64,000 nucleotides of DNA from an uncultured Pelagibacteraceae bacterium. Lineage in GTDB: Bacteria; Pseudomonadota; Alphaproteobacteria; Pelagibacterales; Pelagibacteraceae. Of the stretch, positions 10,234-18,978 are shown one piece after another. Each line of letters begins with the position of its first letter. Positions within the stretch are counted from its first letter, which is position 1. Position numbers and translations under genes: made by a program. The notes under the pieces were generated by a model, which did no database searches, was not told where the DNA came from, and saw only the letters and a program-made list of their open reading frames with translations. The DNA is taken from the NCBI GenBank assembly GCA_902580135.1, contig CACHJL010000002.1:6872-70871 (forward strand), written 5' to 3'.

Positions 10234-10292
10234 TCTAGTGAATTTAATCAGATTTAAGTTAAAGTAAATAAAACTTGATAAAGTTTAAATTA

Positions 10293-11552
10293 TTATTTCT
10301 TTTTTCTTCTTTTCTTTTTAGCTTTTTTCTTCTTTTTAGCTACTTTCTTCTTAACAATTTTTTTCTTTTTAGCTACTTTCTTCTTCTTAACTACTTTCTT
10401 CTTTTTAACTACTTTTTTCTTCTTAACTGCTTTTTTCTTCTTAACTGCTTTTTTCTTCTTAACTGCTTTTTTCTTCTTAACTGCTTTTTTCTTTTTACTA
10501 ACTTTTTTCTTTTTTACTGCTTTTTTCTTTTTACTAGCTTTTTTCTTTTTTACTGCTTTTTTCTTTTTAGTTTTTTTGTTTTTAGCTTTGGCTTTAGCTT
10601 TTTTCTTTTTAGTTTTTTTGTTTTTAGCTTTAGCTTTTTTCTTTTTGGTTTTTTTGTTTTTAGCTTTAGCTTTTTTCTTTTTAGTTTTTTTATTTTCAGC
10701 CTTTGCTTTTTTCTTTTTAACTTTCTTTTTTTTAATTGCTTTCTTATCTTTATCTTTTTTAATATTAGTCTTAATTAGTTTTTTTATCTCTTCTTTATCT
10801 AAGCCAGCTGCTTTTAATTCTTTTTTAATTTCTTTTCTAATTTTCTTTTTTTCACTTTTTGAAGCGCCTTGCAGTTTTGCAACTTTTAAAGTTTTCATTT
10901 TTTTCTTAAATTGTTTAAGTTGCTTTTTCGTAACTTTTTTTGCTTGTCCAGGGGCTTGCCCTTTTTTCATAGTCGAAACACTGTATGGATTATTTAATAA
11001 AGTATTTCCTAATTTGTTCCCCACTAAAACTGCACCAGGTCTTAAGCCAAGTGTATTATTTTTTCCCGGACCTATAAGTAATGTACTTGTTTGATTTTTT
11101 GATACCATTGTTTGAAATTCTGTTCCTCTAGATCCTAAAGTTCCCTCAGGAACTTTTACAGTTAAGCTATCTGGGTTTTTTTTACTGATCAAACCTGATA
11201 TAATCTTTAAACTTCCCTTTTTAACATCTGCTACTATTTTTCCATCATTTGTTGCAGGATCATAAATAAATGTATCCATCATTACTTCAGAGTCTGACCC
11301 TATTGTAAAAGTTGATTGGTCCAATAAAAGTATTTGAGCTCCAGAATCTGCTCCTGCAAATATTGTTTCATTTAAATAAATTTTATCACCAGTTTTTAAA
11401 TCTCTAATTGGTGTTTTTATCGTTCCAGATACAGCTCCTACAATTCCAATTAATTGTTTTTCGATATTAATTTTTTCTTCAGCATTTACAATTGTAAATA
11501 AAAGTAAAAATGAGGTTAATATTGGTAATAATTTATTCATAAAATAATACAT
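10293..11552 (-). CDS. secreted FecR-domain protein with histone-H1-like Lys/Ala/Val C-terminal tail
   Basis: Signal peptide; GDKIYLNETIFAG…LLDQSTFTIG…TLGSRGTEF; KKKKAV repeats. Confidence 0.85.
   Translation of the reverse strand: MYYFMNKLLPILTSFLLLFTIVNAEEKINIEKQLIGIVGAVSGTIKTPIRDLKTGDKIYLNETIFAGADSGAQILLLDQSTFTIGSDSEVMMDTFIYDPATNDGKIVADVKKGSLKIISGLISKKNPDSLTVKVPEGTLGSRGTEFQTMVSKNQTSTLLIGPGKNNTLGLRPGAVLVGNKLGNTLLNNPYSVSTMKKGQAPGQAKKVTKKQLKQFKKKMKTLKVAKLQGASKSEKKKIRKEIKKELKAAGLDKEEIKKLIKTNIKKDKDKKAIKKKKVKKKKAKAENKKTKKKKAKAKNKKTKKKKAKAKNKKTKKKKAKAKAKNKKTKKKKAVKKKKASKKKKAVKKKKVSKKKKAVKKKKAVKKKKAVKKKKAVKKKKVVKKKKVVKKKKVAKKKKIVKKKVAKKKKKAKKKRRKKK
10296..10735 (-). repeat. 18-bp (KKKK[A/V][V/S/A]) and 36-bp (KKKKAKAKNKKT) tandem repeats
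   Basis: ttttttcttcttaactgc units seen directly. Confidence 0.9.
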
Positions 11553-11556
11553 TATA

Positions 11557-12867
11557 TTAATTTAATTTAAATGATCTAGAAAAACTTAAAGAAAAAGAAT
11601 CTCCTATATAGTCATAATTTAATATATTTGCTTCAGAAATAACTTTTTCATATGAAAGATTTATGAAAAAAGCTCTATTTGGGTCTAATGAGGGAAAAAA
11701 GTCACCTAACGACTTTGTTAGCATGATATCAAAAGTATTTGTCACATCAGATCTAATCCTATTTGAGGTTACGGTTGAATCAGCTTTTTTATAATCGTTA
11801 AAACTTAAAGCATCTCCAATTGAAATATAAGCCCACGGAAATGCAAAATTTATTCTAAAATTTATATCATAAGTTTCATAATCGTTTCCCGCATCAATCT
11901 TTGCATCAGAGTCGCTATAACCTAAACCAATAGATGTCGAAATTAAATTATTAAAAATATAATCATGGCCTACGATATAACTATGACCTATAGAATTAGT
12001 TTCATTTGCTGTTGTATCGGATGAATTATTATTTCCTTTTGAATCGGAATAAGAATACCCATAGCTAAAAGAATGCCTTTCACCTACTGAAAAATAACCT
12101 CCTATACCAGTAATTAGTGAGAAACTATCAGCGTCGTCTTCATAATCTGTTTTGCTTAACATTAAATACGGACTTAAACTTTGATTACCAACTAATGTAT
12201 CAAAAGCTAAGGTTAAACCATAAGTATCATAGTCATCACTAGTTTCGAAATATTGTTCTGATTCAGTTTGAGATAAGTTAATAACAAAGGATGAAGCCTC
12301 ACCTATAGATCTTGTAGCAGTAAGTCCAAGGCTTCCACTTAATGTTCTATCATGTTTTGCTGAGTCAAATGCAACTATACTATCAGAACTCAACTTAGTT
12401 CTAGTTTTTGATACGTTATTTACGTTATTACTATGAATCACACCAGTAGATACATCTGCATAAAAATTCCAAAGTTTAGGTTCTGCCCTTCCTTTCAGTT
12501 CTTCCTCTATTTCGGCTACACTCTCTAAATCTTCTGTACTTACATCTTTTCTTAATTTAATGTCATCAATTATATTAAATGCTTTTTGTGGTGCATCAGT
12601 TTGTACTAAGACAGAAAGTAAATATAACTTGATCTCAATATTTTCAGGATACAACATATTTAATCTTTCTAAAGTTGATATAGTCTGTTTGTGATTTCCA
12701 ATTTTACCTTGTTGCTGCGCATACTTTAAATTTAAATCCAAATCATTTGGGTTTTGTAAAATTTGCATATAGGTAATATTTTTTTCATCTGAATTAGATT
12801 TGTTAGTAAAAGTTAATAAAATTATAAAAATTATTATAATATTTTTAGTATTTAAATAGCTTTTCAT
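11557..12867 (-). CDS. TPR + outer-membrane beta-barrel protein (Slam/DUF560-like architecture)
   Basis: Signal peptide; NPNDLDLNLKYAQ…TISTLERL TPR; alternating aromatic beta strands; C-terminal FSLSFSRSF. Confidence 0.7.
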   Translation of the reverse strand: MKSYLNTKNIIIIFIILLTFTNKSNSDEKNITYMQILQNPNDLDLNLKYAQQQGKIGNHKQTISTLERLNMLYPENIEIKLYLLSVLVQTDAPQKAFNIIDDIKLRKDVSTEDLESVAEIEEELKGRAEPKLWNFYADVSTGVIHSNNVNNVSKTRTKLSSDSIVAFDSAKHDRTLSGSLGLTATRSIGEASSFVINLSQTESEQYFETSDDYDTYGLTLAFDTLVGNQSLSPYLMLSKTDYEDDADSFSLITGIGGYFSVGERHSFSYGYSYSDSKGNNNSSDTTANETNSIGHSYIVGHDYIFNNLISTSIGLGYSDSDAKIDAGNDYETYDINFRINFAFPWAYISIGDALSFNDYKKADSTVTSNRIRSDVTNTFDIMLTKSLGDFFPSLDPNRAFFINLSYEKVISEANILNYDYIGDSFSLSFSRSFKLN

Positions 12868-12927
12868 AATTAATAGTTTTGTGTGAATATATTATTATAT
12901 TGAAAAAATGTATTAAAAATAATATCT

Positions 12928-13986
12928 TTAAAAACACACTATATGGTCAATATTTATTGGTCTTTTTATCCCAAATTTTTCATCCACTTCATGCTGATGT
13001 ATATGATGAGAGTGTACAAATACTGGAATTAGAGTTTTACTATCGGTTCTAAGTGTATAAATAAAATTAGTGCCTCTAAACTTTCTGTCAACCACTTCTA
13101 ATTTTAAATTACTTTTATCATCATGCTCTAAATCTTCAGGTTGAAGTAAAAGTTTTACATTGGATCCTTTTGGATAATGTTTTATAAAATTTCCTTTTAT
13201 AGTACCTAAATCTTTATTTTCTAAACTATCTTCTCCTGTAACTTTTGCAGGAATTAAGATTCCTCTATTCAAAAAATTTACAACTTCAATTGAATTAGGA
13301 AAATGATAGACATTATAAGGATCATCATATTGTCTTAATTGTCCGTTTAAAATGATCCCACACTTGCCGCCTAAATAAAAAGCTTCATAAGAGTCATGAG
13401 TTACTATAATTGTAGTTATTTTAGAGTTAGTTAATATCTTTTTTAGCTCTACCTGAATTTCTTCTTTAAAACTTTGATCTACATTCGATAATGGCTCATC
13501 AAGCAGTAATAAATCTGGTTGTGAAATTAATGATCTAGCTAAAGATGCTCTTTGGGCCTCTCCCGCACTAATTTCATGTGGATATTTGTTTAGTATTTTT
13601 TTTAGATTTAAAAACTTAATAATGTCTCTAATAGAAATTTTTCTTTTTTTTCCTAATTTTCTTTCCACTCCTAAATTAATATTTTTATCGACTGTATAAT
13701 GAGGGAAAAGACTATTTTCTTGAAATGATAAAGCTATATTTCTATCTTCTGGTTCTATATGATTATTTTTTGATGATAAGATTTTATTTTTTAAAACTAT
13801 TTTTCCATTTTTTAATTTTTCCAAGCCAGCGATGGTTCTAAGTATAGTAGTTTTTCCTATGCCAGATGGGCCAAGTAAACAAATAATATCACCTTCATTT
13901 TTTATAGATAAATTAACATTATTTACTTTATTTTTACCGCCAGCAGTAAATGAAGCATTTTCAATTTCAAAAAAGTTTTTACTCAT
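12928..13986 (-). CDS. fbpC: Fe(III) ABC transporter ATP-binding subunit
   Basis: GPSGIGKTT, SAGEAQR, LLLLDEP; operon context. Confidence 0.9.
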   Translation of the reverse strand: MSKNFFEIENASFTAGGKNKVNNVNLSIKNEGDIICLLGPSGIGKTTILRTIAGLEKLKNGKIVLKNKILSSKNNHIEPEDRNIALSFQENSLFPHYTVDKNINLGVERKLGKKRKISIRDIIKFLNLKKILNKYPHEISAGEAQRASLARSLISQPDLLLLDEPLSNVDQSFKEEIQVELKKILTNSKITTIIVTHDSYEAFYLGGKCGIILNGQLRQYDDPYNVYHFPNSIEVVNFLNRGILIPAKVTGEDSLENKDLGTIKGNFIKHYPKGSNVKLLLQPEDLEHDDKSNLKLEVVDRKFRGTNFIYTLRTDSKTLIPVFVHSHHIHQHEVDEKFGIKRPINIDHIVCF

Positions 13987-15604
13987 CAGTATCTTTTAAA
14001 ATATATTTAGATGTAAATAAAATAAAAAAACTTGCAATAATTATCAAACATAAAGACGGAATGGCTGCAGCTTCTAGCAAGTCCTCTGAGGCAGAAATGT
14101 AAGCAGTCGTCGCAAAAGTTTCGAAATTGAAAGGTCTCAAAATTAGTGTAATTGGTAATTCCCTGATTATTTCTAATGAAATTAATATAATAACAAATAA
14201 AAGTGAATTTCTTAGGTAAGGAATGTGAATATTTAAAAAAGTTTTACTTTTAGAGTAGCCAAGTAGATATGCGCTTTCATCTACAGCTACATTCATTTTT
14301 TCATATCCTGATTTTATTCCATTAAAAGCTAAAGAATAAAATCTTATAAAATAAACTACAACTAAACCTAAAACAGAACCAATAAATATTTTTTTTATGG
14401 ACAGAAAACCTAATGCTTTAACCACGCTTTCATCAAACCACGCAACAAAAGTTATAAAGGCTATAGCAAGAATTACTCCCGGAATTGCATAACCAGAAAT
14501 TGATAAAGTAGATAAGGTATTTAAAATTTTATTATTTGAAACTCTATTTCCATAATTTGATATTAAGGCAAAAATTATTAAAACTAAACTTGATAATGAA
14601 ACAAGATATAAAGTATTTAACAATAGATCTGTTATCTGCAAGCCGTTTAAATTTTCTGGAAATTTAATTGTCCAGTATAACATTTGACTTAATGGAAATA
14701 AAAAACTTAAAAAAAATAAAGTAAAACAAAATATAAATGCAAAAAAAGATTTACCACCACTAAGTTTAATTTTTTCTTTTTTCTTATATCCACCTTTTGT
14801 ATCCAGATGATATTTGGCTTTTTTTCTAGATAAATTTTCAGTCAGAAACAGTATAAATATAAATAACAAAAGAAAAAAAGATATTCTATTTGCAAATGCT
14901 AAATCGTCAAAAGCTATCCAAGCATTATAAATACCTGTTGTTAAAGTATTTACAGAAAAAAAATCTACCGCTCCAAACTCAGCTAATGTTTCCATGGCCA
15001 CTAAAGATAAACCAGCAACAATAGCAGGACGTGCTGCAGGCAATATTATTGAGTAAAAAGATTTAAATTTTGAAAATCCAAGATTTTTACCTAATTCTAT
15101 TAAATTATGTGATTGATATAAAAAAGAAGATCTAGACAATATATATACATAAGCATAAAGAGAGAAAGAGATAGATAGTATTAAACCAAACATACCATCA
15201 AATTTTGGAATATGTTTATTATAATTTCCATCTCCGAACAAATTTTTTAAAATCGTAAAAGCTGTTCCATAATTTTCAAAAAAAGCAAATAGAGAATAAG
15301 CATAAATATAAGGAGGTACAGCAAAAGAAAGTATTAAAGCCCATTTAAAAAAATTAGCTCCAGGAAATTGATAAAAAGAAACTATATAAGCTGAACCTAC
15401 TCCTAGAATAAATGTTAAAAATAAAACACCAATCAAAAGTATTAACGAGTTAAATATGTATTCTATAAAAAAAGTTTGTTTAAGAATTTCAAAATAATTC
15501 GATGTATCTTCAAAAAAACTTGTAAATACTGTTATTATTGGAATTATTACAATAAATGAAATAAGAAATGAGCTTAAATACCAAATATTAAATCTTTTAA
15601 TCAT
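13979..15604 (-). CDS. fbpB: Fe(III) ABC transporter permease (duplicated TM domain)
   Basis: AMETLAEFGAV, ELPITLILRPFNFETFAT motifs. Confidence 0.9.
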   Translation of the reverse strand: MIKRFNIWYLSSFLISFIVIIPIITVFTSFFEDTSNYFEILKQTFFIEYIFNSLILLIGVLFLTFILGVGSAYIVSFYQFPGANFFKWALILSFAVPPYIYAYSLFAFFENYGTAFTILKNLFGDGNYNKHIPKFDGMFGLILSISFSLYAYVYILSRSSFLYQSHNLIELGKNLGFSKFKSFYSIILPAARPAIVAGLSLVAMETLAEFGAVDFFSVNTLTTGIYNAWIAFDDLAFANRISFFLLLFIFILFLTENLSRKKAKYHLDTKGGYKKKEKIKLSGGKSFFAFIFCFTLFFLSFLFPLSQMLYWTIKFPENLNGLQITDLLLNTLYLVSLSSLVLIIFALISNYGNRVSNNKILNTLSTLSISGYAIPGVILAIAFITFVAWFDESVVKALGFLSIKKIFIGSVLGLVVVYFIRFYSLAFNGIKSGYEKMNVAVDESAYLLGYSKSKTFLNIHIPYLRNSLLFVIILISLEIIRELPITLILRPFNFETFATTAYISASEDLLEAAAIPSLCLIIIASFFILFTSKYILKDTDE

Positions 15605-15636
15605 TATTTTTAGTCTCTGAAAGAATTGCTCTTTTT

Positions 15637-15725
15637 AAAAGTAGATTATTCTACAATATTTATTTGGTGTCTATGATTAAATGAGACTGTGTGTAAAGGA
15701 GATTCATTACCACAGACACCAAATA
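15637..15725 (-). ncRNA. candidate structured RNA: long hairpin with anti-SD loop, followed by a small hairpin + U-tract
   Basis: 12-bp perfect arms 15661-15672/15714-15725, extended by G-U pairs on the minus strand only; loop contains UCUCCUUU; GUAGA-AUAA-UCUAC-UUUU at 15654-15637. Confidence 0.5.
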
Positions 15726-15734
15726 TCAAGAAAA

Positions 15735-15908
15735 CTAAAAATTAAAAACTTTAAGGATATGCGGAAATTCCTTGTCTTCAATTTCTGAAAGTTTTCTCTT
15801 ATTTATTCTTTTATCGATTTTTTTACACTCCTCGGCACATTGCGGACATGACTTGGAAGATTTATTATAATCAATATCAGACATAAATTTTTCTTTAGCT
15901 TCTAACAC
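15735..15908 (-). CDS. unannotated 57-aa (49 aa from ATG 15884) Cys microprotein, CPQCAEEC
   Basis: Hand translation MLEAKEKFMSDIDYNKSSKSCPQCAEECKKIDKRINKRKLSEIEDKEFPHILKVFNF; GTG directly follows the fbpA stop. Confidence 0.55.
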   Translation of the reverse strand: MLEAKEKFMSDIDYNKSSKSCPQCAEECKKIDKRINKRKLSEIEDKEFPHILKVFNF

Positions 15909-16937
15909 TTATTTCCAACCCGCAGCTGTCATTACTTCTAATGCATCTGCTTGATGTTTGCCATAACTAGAAACTTTAGTTTTTAGATCTTGGTTAAAAT
16001 CTAATCCTAAATTGTTTACTACTAATGGGCTTGGAGAAACACCAGTAATCATTGGAAACTCAAAAGTATTATTTGTAAAATGCTCTTGAGACTCAGGTGA
16101 TAATAAAAAGTCAACAAGTGCTATTGCATTTGCTTTATTAGGCGCACCTTTAACTAAAGCGGCACAACTTATATTCATGTGTGTTCCTCTATCTTGTTGG
16201 TTAGGAAAAAATGCTTTAACTTTTTTAGCAGCTGCTTGTTGTTCTGCACCTTTGTTACCAGATAACATCAAAGCTAAGTAATATGTATTAGCAACAGCAA
16301 TATCTGCTTCTCCAGCAGCTACAGCCATAATTTGAGCTCTATCATTTCCTGTAGACTCTCTAGCCATGTTAGCAACTACTCCTTTTGCCCAAGCGGCAGT
16401 AGCTTTTTTTCCATTATTCTCAATTAATGAAGCTACAAGAGACTTATTATAAATGTTGCTAGATTTTCTTATTACTAATCTACCTTTCCATTTAGGATCA
16501 GCTAAACCTTCATAAGTCATTCCAGATAATTCAGCACCAGTAACTCTTTCAGGTGAGTAGTAAATTATTCTTGCTCTTTTTGCTACTCCAACCCAGTGTG
16601 CTGTTCTAAAGTTTTTTGGAACTGAAGATTTAATTGTAGGTGAAATTAATCCACTTTGTGTCATGCCTTTATCTTGGAAAGCACCACATCTTCCAGCATC
16701 AGCTGTGATGTAAAGGTCTGCTGATGAATCAGCGCCTTCTTCAATCATTCTTTTTTCTAAGGCTCCTGATTTACCATTAATTAAATTTACTTTAATTCCA
16801 GTTGCAGCTGTAAACTTTCCATAAAGTTCAGCATCAGCCTTGTAATGTCTTGCATTGAAAATGTTTACTTCATTTGCTATTGCAAATGTTGAAACTAACA
16901 ATGAAGAAATCAAAGCTAAAATTGATATTTTTCTCAT
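15909..16937 (-). CDS. fbpA: Fe(III) ABC transporter substrate-binding protein (FbpA/FutA type)
   Basis: NARHY, ADLYITADAG, GNDRAQI, ANTYY motifs. Confidence 0.92.
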   Translation of the reverse strand: MRKISILALISSLLVSTFAIANEVNIFNARHYKADAELYGKFTAATGIKVNLINGKSGALEKRMIEEGADSSADLYITADAGRCGAFQDKGMTQSGLISPTIKSSVPKNFRTAHWVGVAKRARIIYYSPERVTGAELSGMTYEGLADPKWKGRLVIRKSSNIYNKSLVASLIENNGKKATAAWAKGVVANMARESTGNDRAQIMAVAAGEADIAVANTYYLALMLSGNKGAEQQAAAKKVKAFFPNQQDRGTHMNISCAALVKGAPNKANAIALVDFLLSPESQEHFTNNTFEFPMITGVSPSPLVVNNLGLDFNQDLKTKVSSYGKHQADALEVMTAAGWK

Positions 16938-16978
16938 TTTTTTCCTGTGTTTGTTTATTAATATCAGGGCTTTTTAGT

Positions 16979-17019
16979 GCAAATGAGAACTATTATCAAT
17001 GATAATGATTATCAATATC
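16979..17019. promoter_or_regulatory. tandem Fur boxes upstream of fbpA
   Basis: GATAATGATTATCAATATC at 17001-17019 (17/19 to GATAATGATAATCATTATC); GCAAATGAGAACTATTATC at 16979-16997 (14/19). Confidence 0.8.
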
Positions 17020-17063
17020 AATTTGTCGCAACCTAAGGTTTATTATCAATAATATAGGATAAT

Positions 17064-17954
17064 CTAGAATTTCCACTCAGAAATTTTACTAAATAAGAAA
17101 TTTCTAAAAGCTTGAACTCTAGCCGTATTTTTAAGTGATTGCGGATAAACAAAGTGAGCTTCTGTAATAGGTCCTTCAACTTTAGGTAATACTTTTATTA
17201 GATTTGTTGATTGAAAGACTAAATAATCTGGTAAAGCAGCAAGACCTACCCCACTTTCAACTGCTAAAAGTAATCCCATAACGCTATTTACTTTCATTAT
17301 TGATTTTCTTCTACCGTTGTCTTTCATGCCTATTTTTAAAGCCCAGTCTGGGTTATAAACTGGCGAAGGAGCTCCTTTACCAAAAGATATAAACTTATGT
17401 TTATTTAAATCATTAATTGTCTTAGGAATTCCATATTTTTCTAAATATCTAGTAGAACCGTAAATATGATAGTTAATATCTATTAATTTTCTCTGAATAT
17501 AGTTAAGTTTTTTTGGTCTTCTCATGAATATTCCAATATCAGCTTGTCTAGTACTTAAATCGAGTTCTTTATCATCAAATATCAATTCTACCTCTATTTC
17601 AGGGTTTAATTTCATGAATTCTTGAATTCTTGGGGTTAACCAGTGAGTTCCAAAACTCCTAACTGTTGTAATAGTAATTTTGCCGGATGGTTTGTTCTTC
17701 TGATCTCCCAATGAGGTTTCTACTTCTTTAAGTTTACTTATTACCTCATGAGCAGTTTTATATACATATTCGCCGTTTTCGGTCAAAGTTAAGCCTCTTG
17801 CGTGCCTTTCGAATAGTTTAACCTTAAGATCTTCCTCTAAAGATTGAATTTGCCTGCTAATAGCAGATTGGCTTAGGTTTAAATTTACAGTTGCACTTGT
17901 AAAACTTCCGGCTTCCGCAACTGCATGAAATATTTTTAATTTATCCCAATCCAT
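17064..17954 (-). CDS. LysR family transcriptional regulator
   Basis: MDWDKLKIFHAVAEAGSFT…SQSAISRQI HTH. Confidence 0.95.
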   Translation of the reverse strand: MDWDKLKIFHAVAEAGSFTSATVNLNLSQSAISRQIQSLEEDLKVKLFERHARGLTLTENGEYVYKTAHEVISKLKEVETSLGDQKNKPSGKITITTVRSFGTHWLTPRIQEFMKLNPEIEVELIFDDKELDLSTRQADIGIFMRRPKKLNYIQRKLIDINYHIYGSTRYLEKYGIPKTINDLNKHKFISFGKGAPSPVYNPDWALKIGMKDNGRRKSIMKVNSVMGLLLAVESGVGLAALPDYLVFQSTNLIKVLPKVEGPITEAHFVYPQSLKNTARVQAFRNFLFSKISEWKF

Positions 17955-17957
17955 AAA

Positions 17958-18962
17958 TTACATATTTAAGTTTACAATATATCTTCCTGATGTTTCACCC
18001 TTAAGCATTTTTGGATAAACTTCTAAAAGACCCTCTAAATTTATTTCCTTAATTGAATGATCAAGTAAATCAAAATCAACTAATTTTGATGCTTCATCCC
18101 ATAAAAATTGTCTTCTTTTAATTGAAGTATTAACAGAGTTAATTCCCCAAAGTTTAACTCCTCTTATTATAAAAGGCATTACAGTTGTATTTAATTTTAT
18201 ATCTGCAGCGTTTCCACATGCAGCAACAATTCCAGCTTCTTTTGTTTGGGCTAATACATTTGCTAAAACTTGTCCACCTACTGTATCAACTGCGCCATCC
18301 CATAAACCCTTGTCTAAAGGTCTAGAATCTTTGTTTAAATCACCTGTATTTATTATGTTTTTTGCACCAATTGACTGTAAATATTCTTTATTACTTTCCT
18401 TACCCGTAACTGCAGTTACATTGCAACCAAGTTTATTTAAAATCATTACAGCAATACTTCCAACTCCTCCTGATGCACCTGTAACAATCACATTTTCAAC
18501 TTTTTCACCAAGCAAAAGTTCTTCCTTAGCAGTTTTTGTTGTAAAAGCACATTGTAAAGCTGTAAGTCCAGCAGTTCCCATTACCATAGCTTGTTTTGAA
18601 GTTAAGTCTTTGGGTTTTTTAACTAAAAAGTCACCATTCACTTTGGCATATTGAGAAAATCCTCCATAAAAGATTTCACCCACTCGCCAACCAGTTAAAA
18701 TTATTTCATCACCTGATTTAAATTTATCATTTTCACTATCTTCTACTGTGCCTGAAAAATCTATACCTGGAATATGTGGAAATTCTTTAACAAGTCTTGC
18801 GCCATTTTTTAAAATTAAAGCATCTTTAAAATTTAAACTTGAATAATCAACTTTAACTAAAACATCTCCATGTTTTAAAAAACTTTTATCAATTGATTTA
18901 ACTTCTCTATTAAAGTCTTCACCTTCCTGATTAAGTATCAAGGCTTTAAAGCTATCTGGCAT
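17958..18962 (-). CDS. acuI: acryloyl-CoA reductase / YhdH-YhfP MDR oxidoreductase
   Basis: YSSLNFKD, PGIDFSG, TGASGGVGS, PFIIRGVKLWGINSV. Confidence 0.8.
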   Translation of the reverse strand: MPDSFKALILNQEGEDFNREVKSIDKSFLKHGDVLVKVDYSSLNFKDALILKNGARLVKEFPHIPGIDFSGTVEDSENDKFKSGDEIILTGWRVGEIFYGGFSQYAKVNGDFLVKKPKDLTSKQAMVMGTAGLTALQCAFTTKTAKEELLLGEKVENVIVTGASGGVGSIAVMILNKLGCNVTAVTGKESNKEYLQSIGAKNIINTGDLNKDSRPLDKGLWDGAVDTVGGQVLANVLAQTKEAGIVAACGNAADIKLNTTVMPFIIRGVKLWGINSVNTSIKRRQFLWDEASKLVDFDLLDHSIKEINLEGLLEVYPKMLKGETSGRYIVNLNM

Positions 18963-18978
18963 GATTTAAGTATAAACT

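Noticed and set aside
10275-11094. Phe/Leu-rich plus-strand ORFs resembling membrane proteins
   Set aside because: Reverse complement of poly-Lys codons
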